Part shown: piece by piece, positions 44,493 through 52,981 of the stretch
Layout of the letters: each line of letters begins with the position of its first letter
Position numbering within the stretch: position 1 is the stretch's first letter
From: Minisyncoccota bacterium
Lineage (GTDB): Bacteria; Patescibacteriota; Minisyncoccia; Phycocordibacterales; UBA9973
DNA length: 64,000 nucleotides
Direction: 5' to 3'
Assembly (NCBI GenBank): GCA_036517535.1
Contig: DATDVS010000028.1
Coordinates: 295 to 64,294, forward strand
Position numbers and translations under genes: made by a program
The notes under the pieces: model-generated
What the model was told of the DNA's origin: nothing
Database searches by the model: none
Seen by the model: the letters and a program-made list of their open reading frames with translations, nothing else

Positions 44493-46253
44493 ATGCAGTC
44501 CGAAACTAAAATCTGCCAAAATTGCAAGAAAGATTTTACGATAGACTCGGAGGATTTTAATTTCTATGAAAAGATCAAGGTCCCTCCACCGACTTTTTGT
44601 AATCTTTGCCGAGCGCAGAGGCGGCTATCATTCAGAAATGAAAGAAAACTTTTCAAAATAAAGGACGCCTTAACAGGCAAGGAAATTTTTTCTACCTATC
44701 CAGCTGAAAGCGGCAGGAAGATAATTACTCGCGATGCGTGGCTCAGTGACAATTGGGATCCCATGGATTATGAACAGGATTATGATTTCTCTCGCTCGTT
44801 TTGGGAGCAACAGCAAGAGCTCGAGAAGAAAGTTTACATGTACAACTTTAATGTCATAAGGATGGTAAATAGTCCTTATGCATTTAATGCCACAGCGCTT
44901 AAAAACAGCTACCTAGTCGTTAATTCAAGCTATTCCGAGGATTGTATGTACGGCAATGCGATTGATCGCTCTAAGGACTGCGTAGACAATTCGCATATCA
45001 ATGAATCTGAACGCTGCTATGAATGCTTCTGGTTGCGTAAATGCTACCAATGCTATTTCACTATAATGTCAGCTGATTGTCGCAATATGTGGTTTTCTAG
45101 GGATTGCCTGGGTTGCAATGACTGCTTTGGTTGTGTCAATTTGCGTAAAAAATCATATTGTATTTTCAATAAGCAATACACTAAAGGTGAGTATGAAAAG
45201 GAAATTTATAGAATGAAGCTCCATACAAATTCTGGGTTAAAAGAAGCCAGGGAAAAAGCCAGAGAATTTTGGGCGACGCAAATCACCCGGCACCAACAAG
45301 GCGTAAGAAATTTAAATTCAACTGGGTCTTATGTTACTGACTGCAAAAATGTGAATGATAGTTATTTAATTAGGGAAAGTGAGAACATGCGCTACTGTCA
45401 GTATTTGCAGGTGCCCGGGAACAAAGACAATTATGATGTCAGTAATTGGGGTGAAGATACGGAGCTGTGTTATGAATGCATAGAATGCGGTCAGAGTTCG
45501 TATAACAATAAATTTTCTAGGAACTGCTGGCCAGCGTGCCGGAATCTAGAATATTGCGTGCATCTTTTTAGCTCCTCTGACTGCTTTGGTTGTGTTGGGC
45601 TCAAAAAAGCCCAATATTGCATTTTTAACAAGCAATACACAAAAGAAGAATATAAGAAGTTGGTAGAAAAAATTAAAAAACACATGGATGAGATGCCCCA
45701 TATAGATTCCCAAGGATTAGTCTATAAATACGGAGAGCTTTTCCCCATGGAATTTTCACCATTCGGATACAATAATACTTTAGCCGCACAGCATTTTCTT
45801 TTGTCCAAAGCAGAAGCGGAAGCAAAAAATTACCAGTGGATAGAAACCGAGAGAGGGGAGTATAAAACCACCATAAAGGCCGGAGAGTTGCCCGAAGAAA
45901 TAGAAAATACCGCCAATAATATTTTGAAAGAAGTGATAGAGTGCGAATCCTGCAATAACCCTTACCGGATCTTAGAAAACGAGTTAATTTTCTTAAAACG
46001 GGAAAAGATCCCTGTTCCCCGTATCTGCAGTGAATGCAGGCATGAACGCAGAATAAATGATCGACTGAAACTATTTCTATATGAACGTACATGTAAATGT
46101 GCCGGGGTTTCCGACGAAACAGGGAAATATAAAAATACGGTAGCTCATCATCACAAAGATGCTCCATGTGGAGAGGTTTTTAAAACCGGCTACTCACCCG
46201 ACTCACCGCAGATAGTCTATTGCGAAAAGTGTTATCAGGCGGAAGTATACTAG
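44493..46253 (+). CDS. Cys-rich multi-zinc-ribbon protein, family member 5
   Basis: 586 aa paralog. The ATG lies 1 nt after the ATPase stop. Confidence 0.85.
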   Translation: MQSETKICQNCKKDFTIDSEDFNFYEKIKVPPPTFCNLCRAQRRLSFRNERKLFKIKDALTGKEIFSTYPAESGRKIITRDAWLSDNWDPMDYEQDYDFSRSFWEQQQELEKKVYMYNFNVIRMVNSPYAFNATALKNSYLVVNSSYSEDCMYGNAIDRSKDCVDNSHINESERCYECFWLRKCYQCYFTIMSADCRNMWFSRDCLGCNDCFGCVNLRKKSYCIFNKQYTKGEYEKEIYRMKLHTNSGLKEAREKAREFWATQITRHQQGVRNLNSTGSYVTDCKNVNDSYLIRESENMRYCQYLQVPGNKDNYDVSNWGEDTELCYECIECGQSSYNNKFSRNCWPACRNLEYCVHLFSSSDCFGCVGLKKAQYCIFNKQYTKEEYKKLVEKIKKHMDEMPHIDSQGLVYKYGELFPMEFSPFGYNNTLAAQHFLLSKAEAEAKNYQWIETERGEYKTTIKAGELPEEIENTANNILKEVIECESCNNPYRILENELIFLKREKIPVPRICSECRHERRINDRLKLFLYERTCKCAGVSDETGKYKNTVAHHHKDAPCGEVFKTGYSPDSPQIVYCEKCYQAEVY

Positions 46254-46287
46254 GTATAACAGATTTGAACGGCCGTCTAAAAGTGTT

Positions 46288-48033
46288 ATGAATCAAGAAA
46301 CTAAAAACTGCCAGAATTGCAAAAAGGATTTCACGATCGAGCCGGAGGATTTTAATTTCTATGAAAAGATCAAAGTTCCACCGCCGACGTTTTGTCCGGA
46401 ATGTCGGGCGATTCGGCGATTGATTTGGCGTAATGAAAGATCGTTATATCATAATATCTGTGCTTTTTCGGGTAAGAAAATAATCTCAATGTTCTCTCCG
46501 GAAACAAATCTAGTAGTATACGACCGTGATATCTGGTGGAGCGATAAATGGGACCCCACATCCTATGGCCAGGAGTATGATTTTTCCAAACCATTTTTCA
46601 CGCAATTTCAAGAATTGATGTCGAAAGTCCCTCTTGCTAATTTAGGTAATACCAACAGCCCAAAAAGTGAATATGGCAACCATAATGCAGACTGCAAAAA
46701 TTGTTATTTGGTATATGCATCGTTTAGCAACGAAAACTGCTCTTATTCGAATGGCTTGGTCAATACAAAAGATTCATTAGACTTATACAAAGTTACTAAA
46801 TCCGAGCAATGCTACAACAGCACTCTGTGTGCAAGCTGCTACAACACTCATTTTTCCTATGACAGCGATGAATGCATCGATTCGATGTTTTTGACGTCGT
46901 GTCTAGGATTGCATAATTGCCTAGGATGCATTAATTTACGCCATAAACGCTATTGTATTTTCAATGAGCAATATACCCAAGAAGAATACGAAAGAAGGGC
47001 GGCCAGCTATAATCTGGGTAGTTATGAAGGCCTAAAAAGATTTGAGGAAGAATATAAGAATTTCATAAAAGATCAGTTCCGGCGCTTTGCATTTATTTTT
47101 AAATCTATAAATGTCACAGGGGATAATATTATGTTCGCTAAAAATAGTAGAATGCTTTTCGACAGCTATGGAGATGTGGAAAACTGCAGTTATATTACCC
47201 ACGCAGTCAATATTAAAGACAGCCAGGATGCTTATGGTACCGGCGCTAAAATGGAATTGTTGTACGAAGGCGTGGATTGCGGGATTAATGCTTACAATAT
47301 GCATTTCTGCGTTTTAGCTCATAGTTGTGTCGATGTGGATTATACATATATGTGTTTTGGTTCAAGCAAGCTATTTGGCTGTATCGGCTTGCGCAATCAG
47401 GAATATTGTATTTTAAACAAGAAATATTCAAAAGAAGAGTATGAAAAATTACGAGCAAAGATCATCAAACACATGAATACTATGCCGTATGTAGACAAAC
47501 AGAGCAGAGTATATAAATACGGAGAATTCTTTCCGGCCGAACTCTCGCCCTTTGCATACAGTGAAACTATCGTGGAAGAGTATTATCCTCTCAATAAGAA
47601 AAAAGCTTTAGATTATGGGCTCAAAATAAAAGAAAAAGTGTCCAGAGACTATAAAATAGATTTAGCAACAGAAGAATTACCCGACCATATAAAAGATACC
47701 AATGAGAGCATAGCAGGAAAGGTAGTTGAATGCATGCATAAAGGTACTTGCAAGGAACAATGCACTGAGGCATTTAAGATTACTGCCGAAGAATTACAAT
47801 TTTATAAAAAAATAAATATAGCCCTACCTCGGCTATGCCCGAACTGCCGGCACTTCCAGAGGCTTGCGAAACGCAATCCCCTGAAGCTCTGGCACAGGGC
47901 GTGTATGTGTGAGAAGGAAGGCCATGACCATGACAAGGTTAAACCTTGTCCAAATGAATTTGAAACCAGCTATGCGCCGGAGAGGCCGGAGATAATTTAC
48001 TGTGAGAAATGCTATCAGAAGGAAGTTTACTGA
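46288..48033 (+). CDS. Cys-rich multi-zinc-ribbon protein, family member 6
   Basis: 581 aa paralog. Ends ...RPEIIYCEKCYQKEVY. Confidence 0.85.
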   Translation: MNQETKNCQNCKKDFTIEPEDFNFYEKIKVPPPTFCPECRAIRRLIWRNERSLYHNICAFSGKKIISMFSPETNLVVYDRDIWWSDKWDPTSYGQEYDFSKPFFTQFQELMSKVPLANLGNTNSPKSEYGNHNADCKNCYLVYASFSNENCSYSNGLVNTKDSLDLYKVTKSEQCYNSTLCASCYNTHFSYDSDECIDSMFLTSCLGLHNCLGCINLRHKRYCIFNEQYTQEEYERRAASYNLGSYEGLKRFEEEYKNFIKDQFRRFAFIFKSINVTGDNIMFAKNSRMLFDSYGDVENCSYITHAVNIKDSQDAYGTGAKMELLYEGVDCGINAYNMHFCVLAHSCVDVDYTYMCFGSSKLFGCIGLRNQEYCILNKKYSKEEYEKLRAKIIKHMNTMPYVDKQSRVYKYGEFFPAELSPFAYSETIVEEYYPLNKKKALDYGLKIKEKVSRDYKIDLATEELPDHIKDTNESIAGKVVECMHKGTCKEQCTEAFKITAEELQFYKKINIALPRLCPNCRHFQRLAKRNPLKLWHRACMCEKEGHDHDKVKPCPNEFETSYAPERPEIIYCEKCYQKEVY

Positions 48034-48090
48034 CCTCTCCCTAACCCTCTCCTTGGCAAGGAGAGGGGAAAGAAAGGGGTGAGGTGAATT
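48032..48090 (+). repeat. hairpin repeat, copy C (no downstream + strand gene)
   Basis: GACCTCTCCCTAA-CCCTCTCCTT-GGC-AAGGAGAGGG-GAAAGAAAGGGGTGAGGTGAATT. Lies between convergent member 6 and rsmE. Confidence 0.8.
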
Positions 48091-48742
48091 AAAGAGAATT
48101 TACGGCTAGATAAGTCCCCACAATGGCGGCGGTTTCACCGCGGAGAGTAAGGTCGCCGAGCGAGGCACCTACGTAAAGGCCGGTGCGAGCTTCGTCGATT
48201 TCTCGCTCGGTGAAACCGCCTTCGGGGCCGACAAAAATGCTTACTGACTTTGCAGTTTTCTTAGGAGAATAAATAATATGACCGGGGTGAAAAATAATTT
48301 TTTCTTCTGCGGCGGAGCCGAAGGCGAGGGCGGGAGAGAAGTTTAAAATAGGGGAGAGTACAGGCAGAAAGCTCCGGCCGGATTGCTCAGTGGCCTCTTT
48401 AATGATTTTATTCAAACGCGCTACGTTAAGCCCGGTTTTAATTGTTCTCTCTGTTATAACCGGTGTAATGCTGGTCACCCCGCATTCGACTGCTTTCTGT
48501 ACGGCTAGCTCGAAATTTTCTTTCTTTAGGATCGCAAGGTATAGATGCACTTTGCGATCTGCACCCACAGGCTCCAGAGTTTTGATGGCCTCAAAACCTC
48601 CATCAGTGATTTCATAGAGAGTATCGTGGCCGTTGCCGTCTCCAAAAATTACCTGTTCCCCAGGGATTAATTTGAGTACTTTATGGATCTGTTTAGTTAT
48701 TTCCGGGTCCTCCGGGCGCCCGATAAAACGATGAATTTTCAT
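48089..48742 (-). CDS. rsmE: 16S rRNA (uracil1498-N3)-methyltransferase RsmE
   Basis: Start taken at Met 107 of ORF 48089-49060 (MKIHRFIG...). C-terminal FVGPEGGFTEREI and LGDLTLRGETAA are typical of RsmE. Confidence 0.8.
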   Translation of the reverse strand: MKIHRFIGRPEDPEITKQIHKVLKLIPGEQVIFGDGNGHDTLYEITDGGFEAIKTLEPVGADRKVHLYLAILKKENFELAVQKAVECGVTSITPVITERTIKTGLNVARLNKIIKEATEQSGRSFLPVLSPILNFSPALAFGSAAEEKIIFHPGHIIYSPKKTAKSVSIFVGPEGGFTEREIDEARTGLYVGASLGDLTLRGETAAIVGTYLAVNSL

Positions 48743-48750
48743 GGTATCTA

Positions 48751-48759
48751 TGATATAAT
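48751..48759 (+). promoter_or_regulatory. extended -10 element (TGaTATAAT)
   Basis: Lies 19 nt upstream of the ATG at 48779. Confidence 0.4.
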
Positions 48760-48778
48760 CAAACCATAAATATTCCAA

Positions 48779-50254
48779 ATGCCCAAGCCTAATCGAGTGC
48801 AGATAATCAAATACGGGCCGCCGCCGCCGGAACTGCCTGTCTTCGGTAAGGTAAAGCCGGAAGACGCGTCTTTCATTGGGCGTACCAACTATGTGGCCGC
48901 TCTTGAAGAGAAGAAATTTATTTTCGGCATCAAGCGCGTCGATCGTCGCCGGCACCTGTACATCATCGGCAAGTCGGGGGTAGGGAAGTCCAAGCTGCTC
49001 GAGCTCCTCATCCGGCAGGATATCCAGTATGGGCATGGGCTGTGCCTGATCGACCCGCACGGCGATGAATTCAAAAATATTCTGGATTTTGTACCCAAGG
49101 AGCGTATTGAGGATGTCTGTGTTATTGATCCGACCGATGTGGACTTTCCGGCCTCTTTTAATCCTCTGGCCAATGTGGACCCGGCATTTAAATTTATCTT
49201 GACCCAGGGGCTAATCGAAGTTTTCCAGAAACAGTTCGGAGCAAATTGGACGCCGCGCCTCGAGCACGTTTTCAGATTTACCTGTTTGGCGCTCCTGGAC
49301 TATCCGCATGCCACCATGCGCGGGATGATCTCGATGCTGACCGACCGAAATTACAGGCAGAAAGTGGTGGAGTATATTACCGACGACATGGTCAAACGCT
49401 TCTTCGCTATCGAATTCGCCGACTGGTCGGAGAAATTTGACACTGATGCCATCATCCCGCTGGTCAACAAGCTCGGCCAGTTTCTCTCCGATCCGCTTCT
49501 GCGCAATATCTTCGGCCAGAAAGAAAACAAAATAGATGTCAGTAAACTCATGAATGAGAAGAAGATAATTCTCATCAATATCTCCAAGGGGCGACTCGGT
49601 GAAGAAAACTCCTCATTTCTAGGATCCATCTTTCTGACTAAAATCAAACAGGCGGGGATGGAGCGCGCTGGCATGCCGGAGAGCGCCCGGACCGACTTTT
49701 ACCTATACGTGGACGAGTTCCAGAACGTGGTGACCCAAACATTTGAAAATATTTTATCGGAAGCGAGAAAGTATGCCCTTAACTTAACCATAGCTCATCA
49801 ATATGTGGGCCAGATCATCACTAAAGTACATCAGGCTGTGCTCGGTAACTGCGGATCGATTATTACCTTCCGTATCGGCGGCGAGGATGCGGTGAAAATG
49901 AAGCCGGAATTCGCTCCACTTTTCGATGTGAAAGATATGATCAACCTGGCGATGACGGAGTTTTATATCAAGATGACCATCGACGGGGAGTCCTACGATC
50001 CGTTTTCCGCCGAGACTCTGAGAGTTCTGCCGCCTACCCACCCTTCCTATCAAGAGGAAATAATCGCCGCTTCGCACCGGAAATATACGATACCGAAAGA
50101 TGCCGCGGCAAAACTTATCGCCGAAGAGGAGGCGACCATCATTCGCAGTGCGGAAGAAAAAGCCATAATAGAGGGTCGGGCAAAACGCCTATCTAAAGGG
50201 CGGGGCGAAGGCGAAGAGGCAAAATCTTCACAAGAAGCGGAACCTATGATATAG
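48779..50254 (+). CDS. TraD/TrwB/VirD4-like P-loop NTPase, second paralog, no TM segment and no zinc ribbon
   Basis: 491 aa. Walker [18 protein letters not shown], Walker [12 protein letters not shown], and AHQY. Collinear with 42467-44491 over the ATPase core. Confidence 0.75.
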   Translation: MPKPNRVQIIKYGPPPPELPVFGKVKPEDASFIGRTNYVAALEEKKFIFGIKRVDRRRHLYIIGKSGVGKSKLLELLIRQDIQYGHGLCLIDPHGDEFKNILDFVPKERIEDVCVIDPTDVDFPASFNPLANVDPAFKFILTQGLIEVFQKQFGANWTPRLEHVFRFTCLALLDYPHATMRGMISMLTDRNYRQKVVEYITDDMVKRFFAIEFADWSEKFDTDAIIPLVNKLGQFLSDPLLRNIFGQKENKIDVSKLMNEKKIILINISKGRLGEENSSFLGSIFLTKIKQAGMERAGMPESARTDFYLYVDEFQNVVTQTFENILSEARKYALNLTIAHQYVGQIITKVHQAVLGNCGSIITFRIGGEDAVKMKPEFAPLFDVKDMINLAMTEFYIKMTIDGESYDPFSAETLRVLPPTHPSYQEEIIAASHRKYTIPKDAAAKLIAEEEATIIRSAEEKAIIEGRAKRLSKGRGEGEEAKSSQEAEPMI

Positions 50255-50294
50255 TGCAGAAAAATTATCAATTTTCAATTTAAAATTTAAAAAA

Positions 50295-51389
50295 ATGTCA
50301 AAAGACTACTACAATATATTGGGCGTAGATAAAAAGGCCTCCAAAGACGAAATAAAAAAGGCGTTCTATAAAATGGCGCACAAGTATCACCCTGATAAAA
50401 AAGAAGGGGACGAGGCTAAGTTCAAGGAGGTGAACGAAGCTTATCAGGTGCTCTCAGATGACTCAAAGAGAAACCAGTATGATCAATTTGGCAGCGCCTA
50501 TGCCGGGGGCAACGGCTATTCGCAGCAGGGCGGATTCGAAGGCTTCGACTTCAGTAATATGGGAGGTTTTCAGAACGGCGCAGAATTCGACTTCGGAAAC
50601 CTTAATGATATTTTCAGCGACTTTTTCGGTGGAGGTATGGGGGGCAGAGCCCAGGCTCGCCGCGGGCGCGATATCTCGACCGAAATTCAGATTTCCTTCG
50701 CCGATGCCGTTTTCGGCGTAAGCAGAAAAATTTTAATTACTAAAACTTCAAACTGCCTCACTTGCAAAGGCAGTGGCGCCAAAGCGGGCACTAAAATGGA
50801 AACTTGCAAGAAATGCAACGGGCAGGGCAAGATCAGAGAGGCTAAGAGAACAATACTGGGGACAATTTCAAGCACAAAAATATGCGAGACCTGCCTAGGC
50901 GCAGGCGAAGTGCCAAAAGAAGTTTGCGAGACCTGTAAAGGCAAAGGCGTACTTCGCCGCGAGGAAGAAATATCCATTGCAGTGCCGGCCGGCATTCGTG
51001 ACGGCGAGATGATCCGCATGACTAGCATGGGCGAAGCTGCCGCCCGCGGCACTCCGGGCGATCTGTATATAAAAATAAACGTGACCTCGCATCCGGTCTT
51101 TAAGCGCGACGGCAACGACCTGGTGATGACGCTTAATCTCAAACTCTCCGACGCGCTCCTCGGCCTGAAGCACCCGATCGAAACCCTTGATGGAGAGATA
51201 GAGGTTACCATTCCGGAAGGCGTATCCGTAAATGAAATTCTTAGAGTCAAAGGCAAGGGCGTGCCCCTAGGAAGTCAGACCAAAGGCAAGCGGGGCGATC
51301 TATTGATCAAGCTCAACATTAAGCTCCCGCACAAACTCTCGCGCAAATCCCGCGAGCTCATTGAAAAGCTCAAAGAAGAGGGAATATAA
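50295..51389 (+). CDS. dnaJ: molecular chaperone DnaJ
   Basis: 364 aa. J domain (HPD), G/F region, and four CxxCxGxG repeats. Confidence 0.95.
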   Translation: MSKDYYNILGVDKKASKDEIKKAFYKMAHKYHPDKKEGDEAKFKEVNEAYQVLSDDSKRNQYDQFGSAYAGGNGYSQQGGFEGFDFSNMGGFQNGAEFDFGNLNDIFSDFFGGGMGGRAQARRGRDISTEIQISFADAVFGVSRKILITKTSNCLTCKGSGAKAGTKMETCKKCNGQGKIREAKRTILGTISSTKICETCLGAGEVPKEVCETCKGKGVLRREEEISIAVPAGIRDGEMIRMTSMGEAAARGTPGDLYIKINVTSHPVFKRDGNDLVMTLNLKLSDALLGLKHPIETLDGEIEVTIPEGVSVNEILRVKGKGVPLGSQTKGKRGDLLIKLNIKLPHKLSRKSRELIEKLKEEGI

Positions 51390-52058
51390 ATGAAAATAAT
51401 TGATCTCACTCATAGATTGTTGCCTGAAATCCCTACTTGGGATGGAAATGTTGGATTTGAATTATCCACTGAAGTGGATTATAAAGATTGTACTCCTCCT
51501 GATTTATTTCGTATCCAAAAAATAAAATGCGGTCTAAGTATGGGTACTCACATAGATGCACCGTCTCATGTTATACCAGAAGGAAGAACGATAGATAAAT
51601 TAAGTCTGGAGGAATTAATGACTGACTGTGTTGTGATAGATGTTAGTGCTGAAGCGGATGCAAAATACATAATTATGCCATCGGTCATAGAAAATTTTGA
51701 AAAAGTATACGGAGAAATACAATCTCATAGTTTTATTATTTTTTATACCGGGTGGGATAAGCGCTGGGGAAACAGGGATAAATATCATAATAACCATAAG
51801 TTTCCAAGTGTGCATGAAAATACAGCTAAACTTTTATTACAACGAAACATAACTGGTATAGGAATAGATACGTTTTCTGCAGACACTGGGGCTGAAGGCT
51901 ATCCAGTGCACAAGGCTATTCTTGGTGCAGACAAGTATTTAGTTGAAAATATTGTAAATGCAAAAAAGCTTCCAGCTAAAGGAGCAAAAGTTTTTATCTT
52001 GCCTATAAAAATAAAAAATGGAACCGAGGCCCCAGTAAGAATGGTGGCGCTAGTTTAA
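51390..52058 (+). CDS. cyclase-family protein (kynurenine formamidase-like)
   Basis: 222 aa with an MGTHIDAPSH motif. AT-rich gene. Confidence 0.65.
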   Translation: MKIIDLTHRLLPEIPTWDGNVGFELSTEVDYKDCTPPDLFRIQKIKCGLSMGTHIDAPSHVIPEGRTIDKLSLEELMTDCVVIDVSAEADAKYIIMPSVIENFEKVYGEIQSHSFIIFYTGWDKRWGNRDKYHNNHKFPSVHENTAKLLLQRNITGIGIDTFSADTGAEGYPVHKAILGADKYLVENIVNAKKLPAKGAKVFILPIKIKNGTEAPVRMVALV

Positions 52059-52931
52059 TTTTTTAGAAAACTTATTCGCAATGATAGTGTAGGCTAGCTG
52101 GGCGGCGCTGTATTCAGTGATGACTGTTTCTTTTTGCGGGGAGACTTCCACGATGTCCGCGGAAATTAGCTCGCTTTTGGCTATCGCTCGCTCGATGAGG
52201 TCTACTCCGTAATACCAGGAGAGCCCGCCCGGCACCGGCGTGCCGGTGCCGGGCATGTATGCGGGATCAAAACCATCTACATCGATGGTGATGTAGAGGT
52301 ATTTGGTTTTAATCGATTCTATTATTTTCTCTACCGGTACTGCATCTTTATTCCATTCGAAAACTGTCACGTTATTTTTCGGGTCGTTAAAGTAATTATA
52401 TTCGTCGGTAGAGAAGCTTCTGATCCCTACTTGCGCCAGGTTATATCCGAGCTCGCTTGCATGGCGCATCACCGTAGAATGGGCGAGGTTTGAAGGCTTC
52501 TCGTTGTAATCGCTGTCATCGCGTCGTAGGTCGCAATGCGCGTCGATTTGGAGGATTGTGACATCTTTAGGGCTATATTTTTTAGCCAGTGCCTGGAACA
52601 GGCCGATAGAAACAGAGTGTTCACCGCCCAAAAGGAATACAAATTTATTCTGGGCCACCAACTTCTCGCAGTTTTCGCGTATTGTTTTCAAATTATCTTC
52701 CGGGGGAAGGTTTTGCACGTCGAGTTGCACATGCGCTGTCTTTACAAAATCAATCACTTCCTTTTTAAATTTACGATCAAAAAACTCAATTTGATTCTCG
52801 AGCATGTCGACTACCTTCGCGGGTCCCGCGGCGGTGCCTTTGTGGGAAGAGGCTGTTTTCTCATATGGCGCAGAAACTATTACCACATCCGCTTCTGCAG
52901 TATTTTCGGCATTAATGATACTTTTTATCAT
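52050..52931 (-). CDS. speB: agmatinase / ureohydrolase family
   Basis: 293 aa. GGEHS, IDAHCDLR and DVDGFDPAYMPGTGTP Mn-binding motifs. Confidence 0.8.
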   Translation of the reverse strand: MIKSIINAENTAEADVVIVSAPYEKTASSHKGTAAGPAKVVDMLENQIEFFDRKFKKEVIDFVKTAHVQLDVQNLPPEDNLKTIRENCEKLVAQNKFVFLLGGEHSVSIGLFQALAKKYSPKDVTILQIDAHCDLRRDDSDYNEKPSNLAHSTVMRHASELGYNLAQVGIRSFSTDEYNYFNDPKNNVTVFEWNKDAVPVEKIIESIKTKYLYITIDVDGFDPAYMPGTGTPVPGGLSWYYGVDLIERAIAKSELISADIVEVSPQKETVITEYSAAQLAYTIIANKFSKKLN

Positions 52932-52961
52932 ATATAACAGAGTATCATTTTAAATAAAAAA

Positions 52962-52970
52962 TGCTATACT
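52962..52970 (+). promoter_or_regulatory. extended -10 element (TGcTATACT)
   Basis: Lies 11 nt upstream of the metK ATG at 52982. Confidence 0.45.
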
Positions 52971-52981
52971 GGCTTTAATTT

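Noticed and set aside
48743-49060. 106-codon upstream extension of the rsmE ORF.
   Set aside because: It runs antisense through the 5' end of ATPase 2. The RsmE-like sequence begins at MKIHRF (48742).
42467-50254. The ATPases might mark a conjugative or integrative element or a complete type IV secretion system.
   Set aside because: The window has no relaxase, VirB4/VirB6/VirB8-like genes, pilin, integrase, transposase or flanking att-like direct repeats. The flanking genes are core housekeeping genes.
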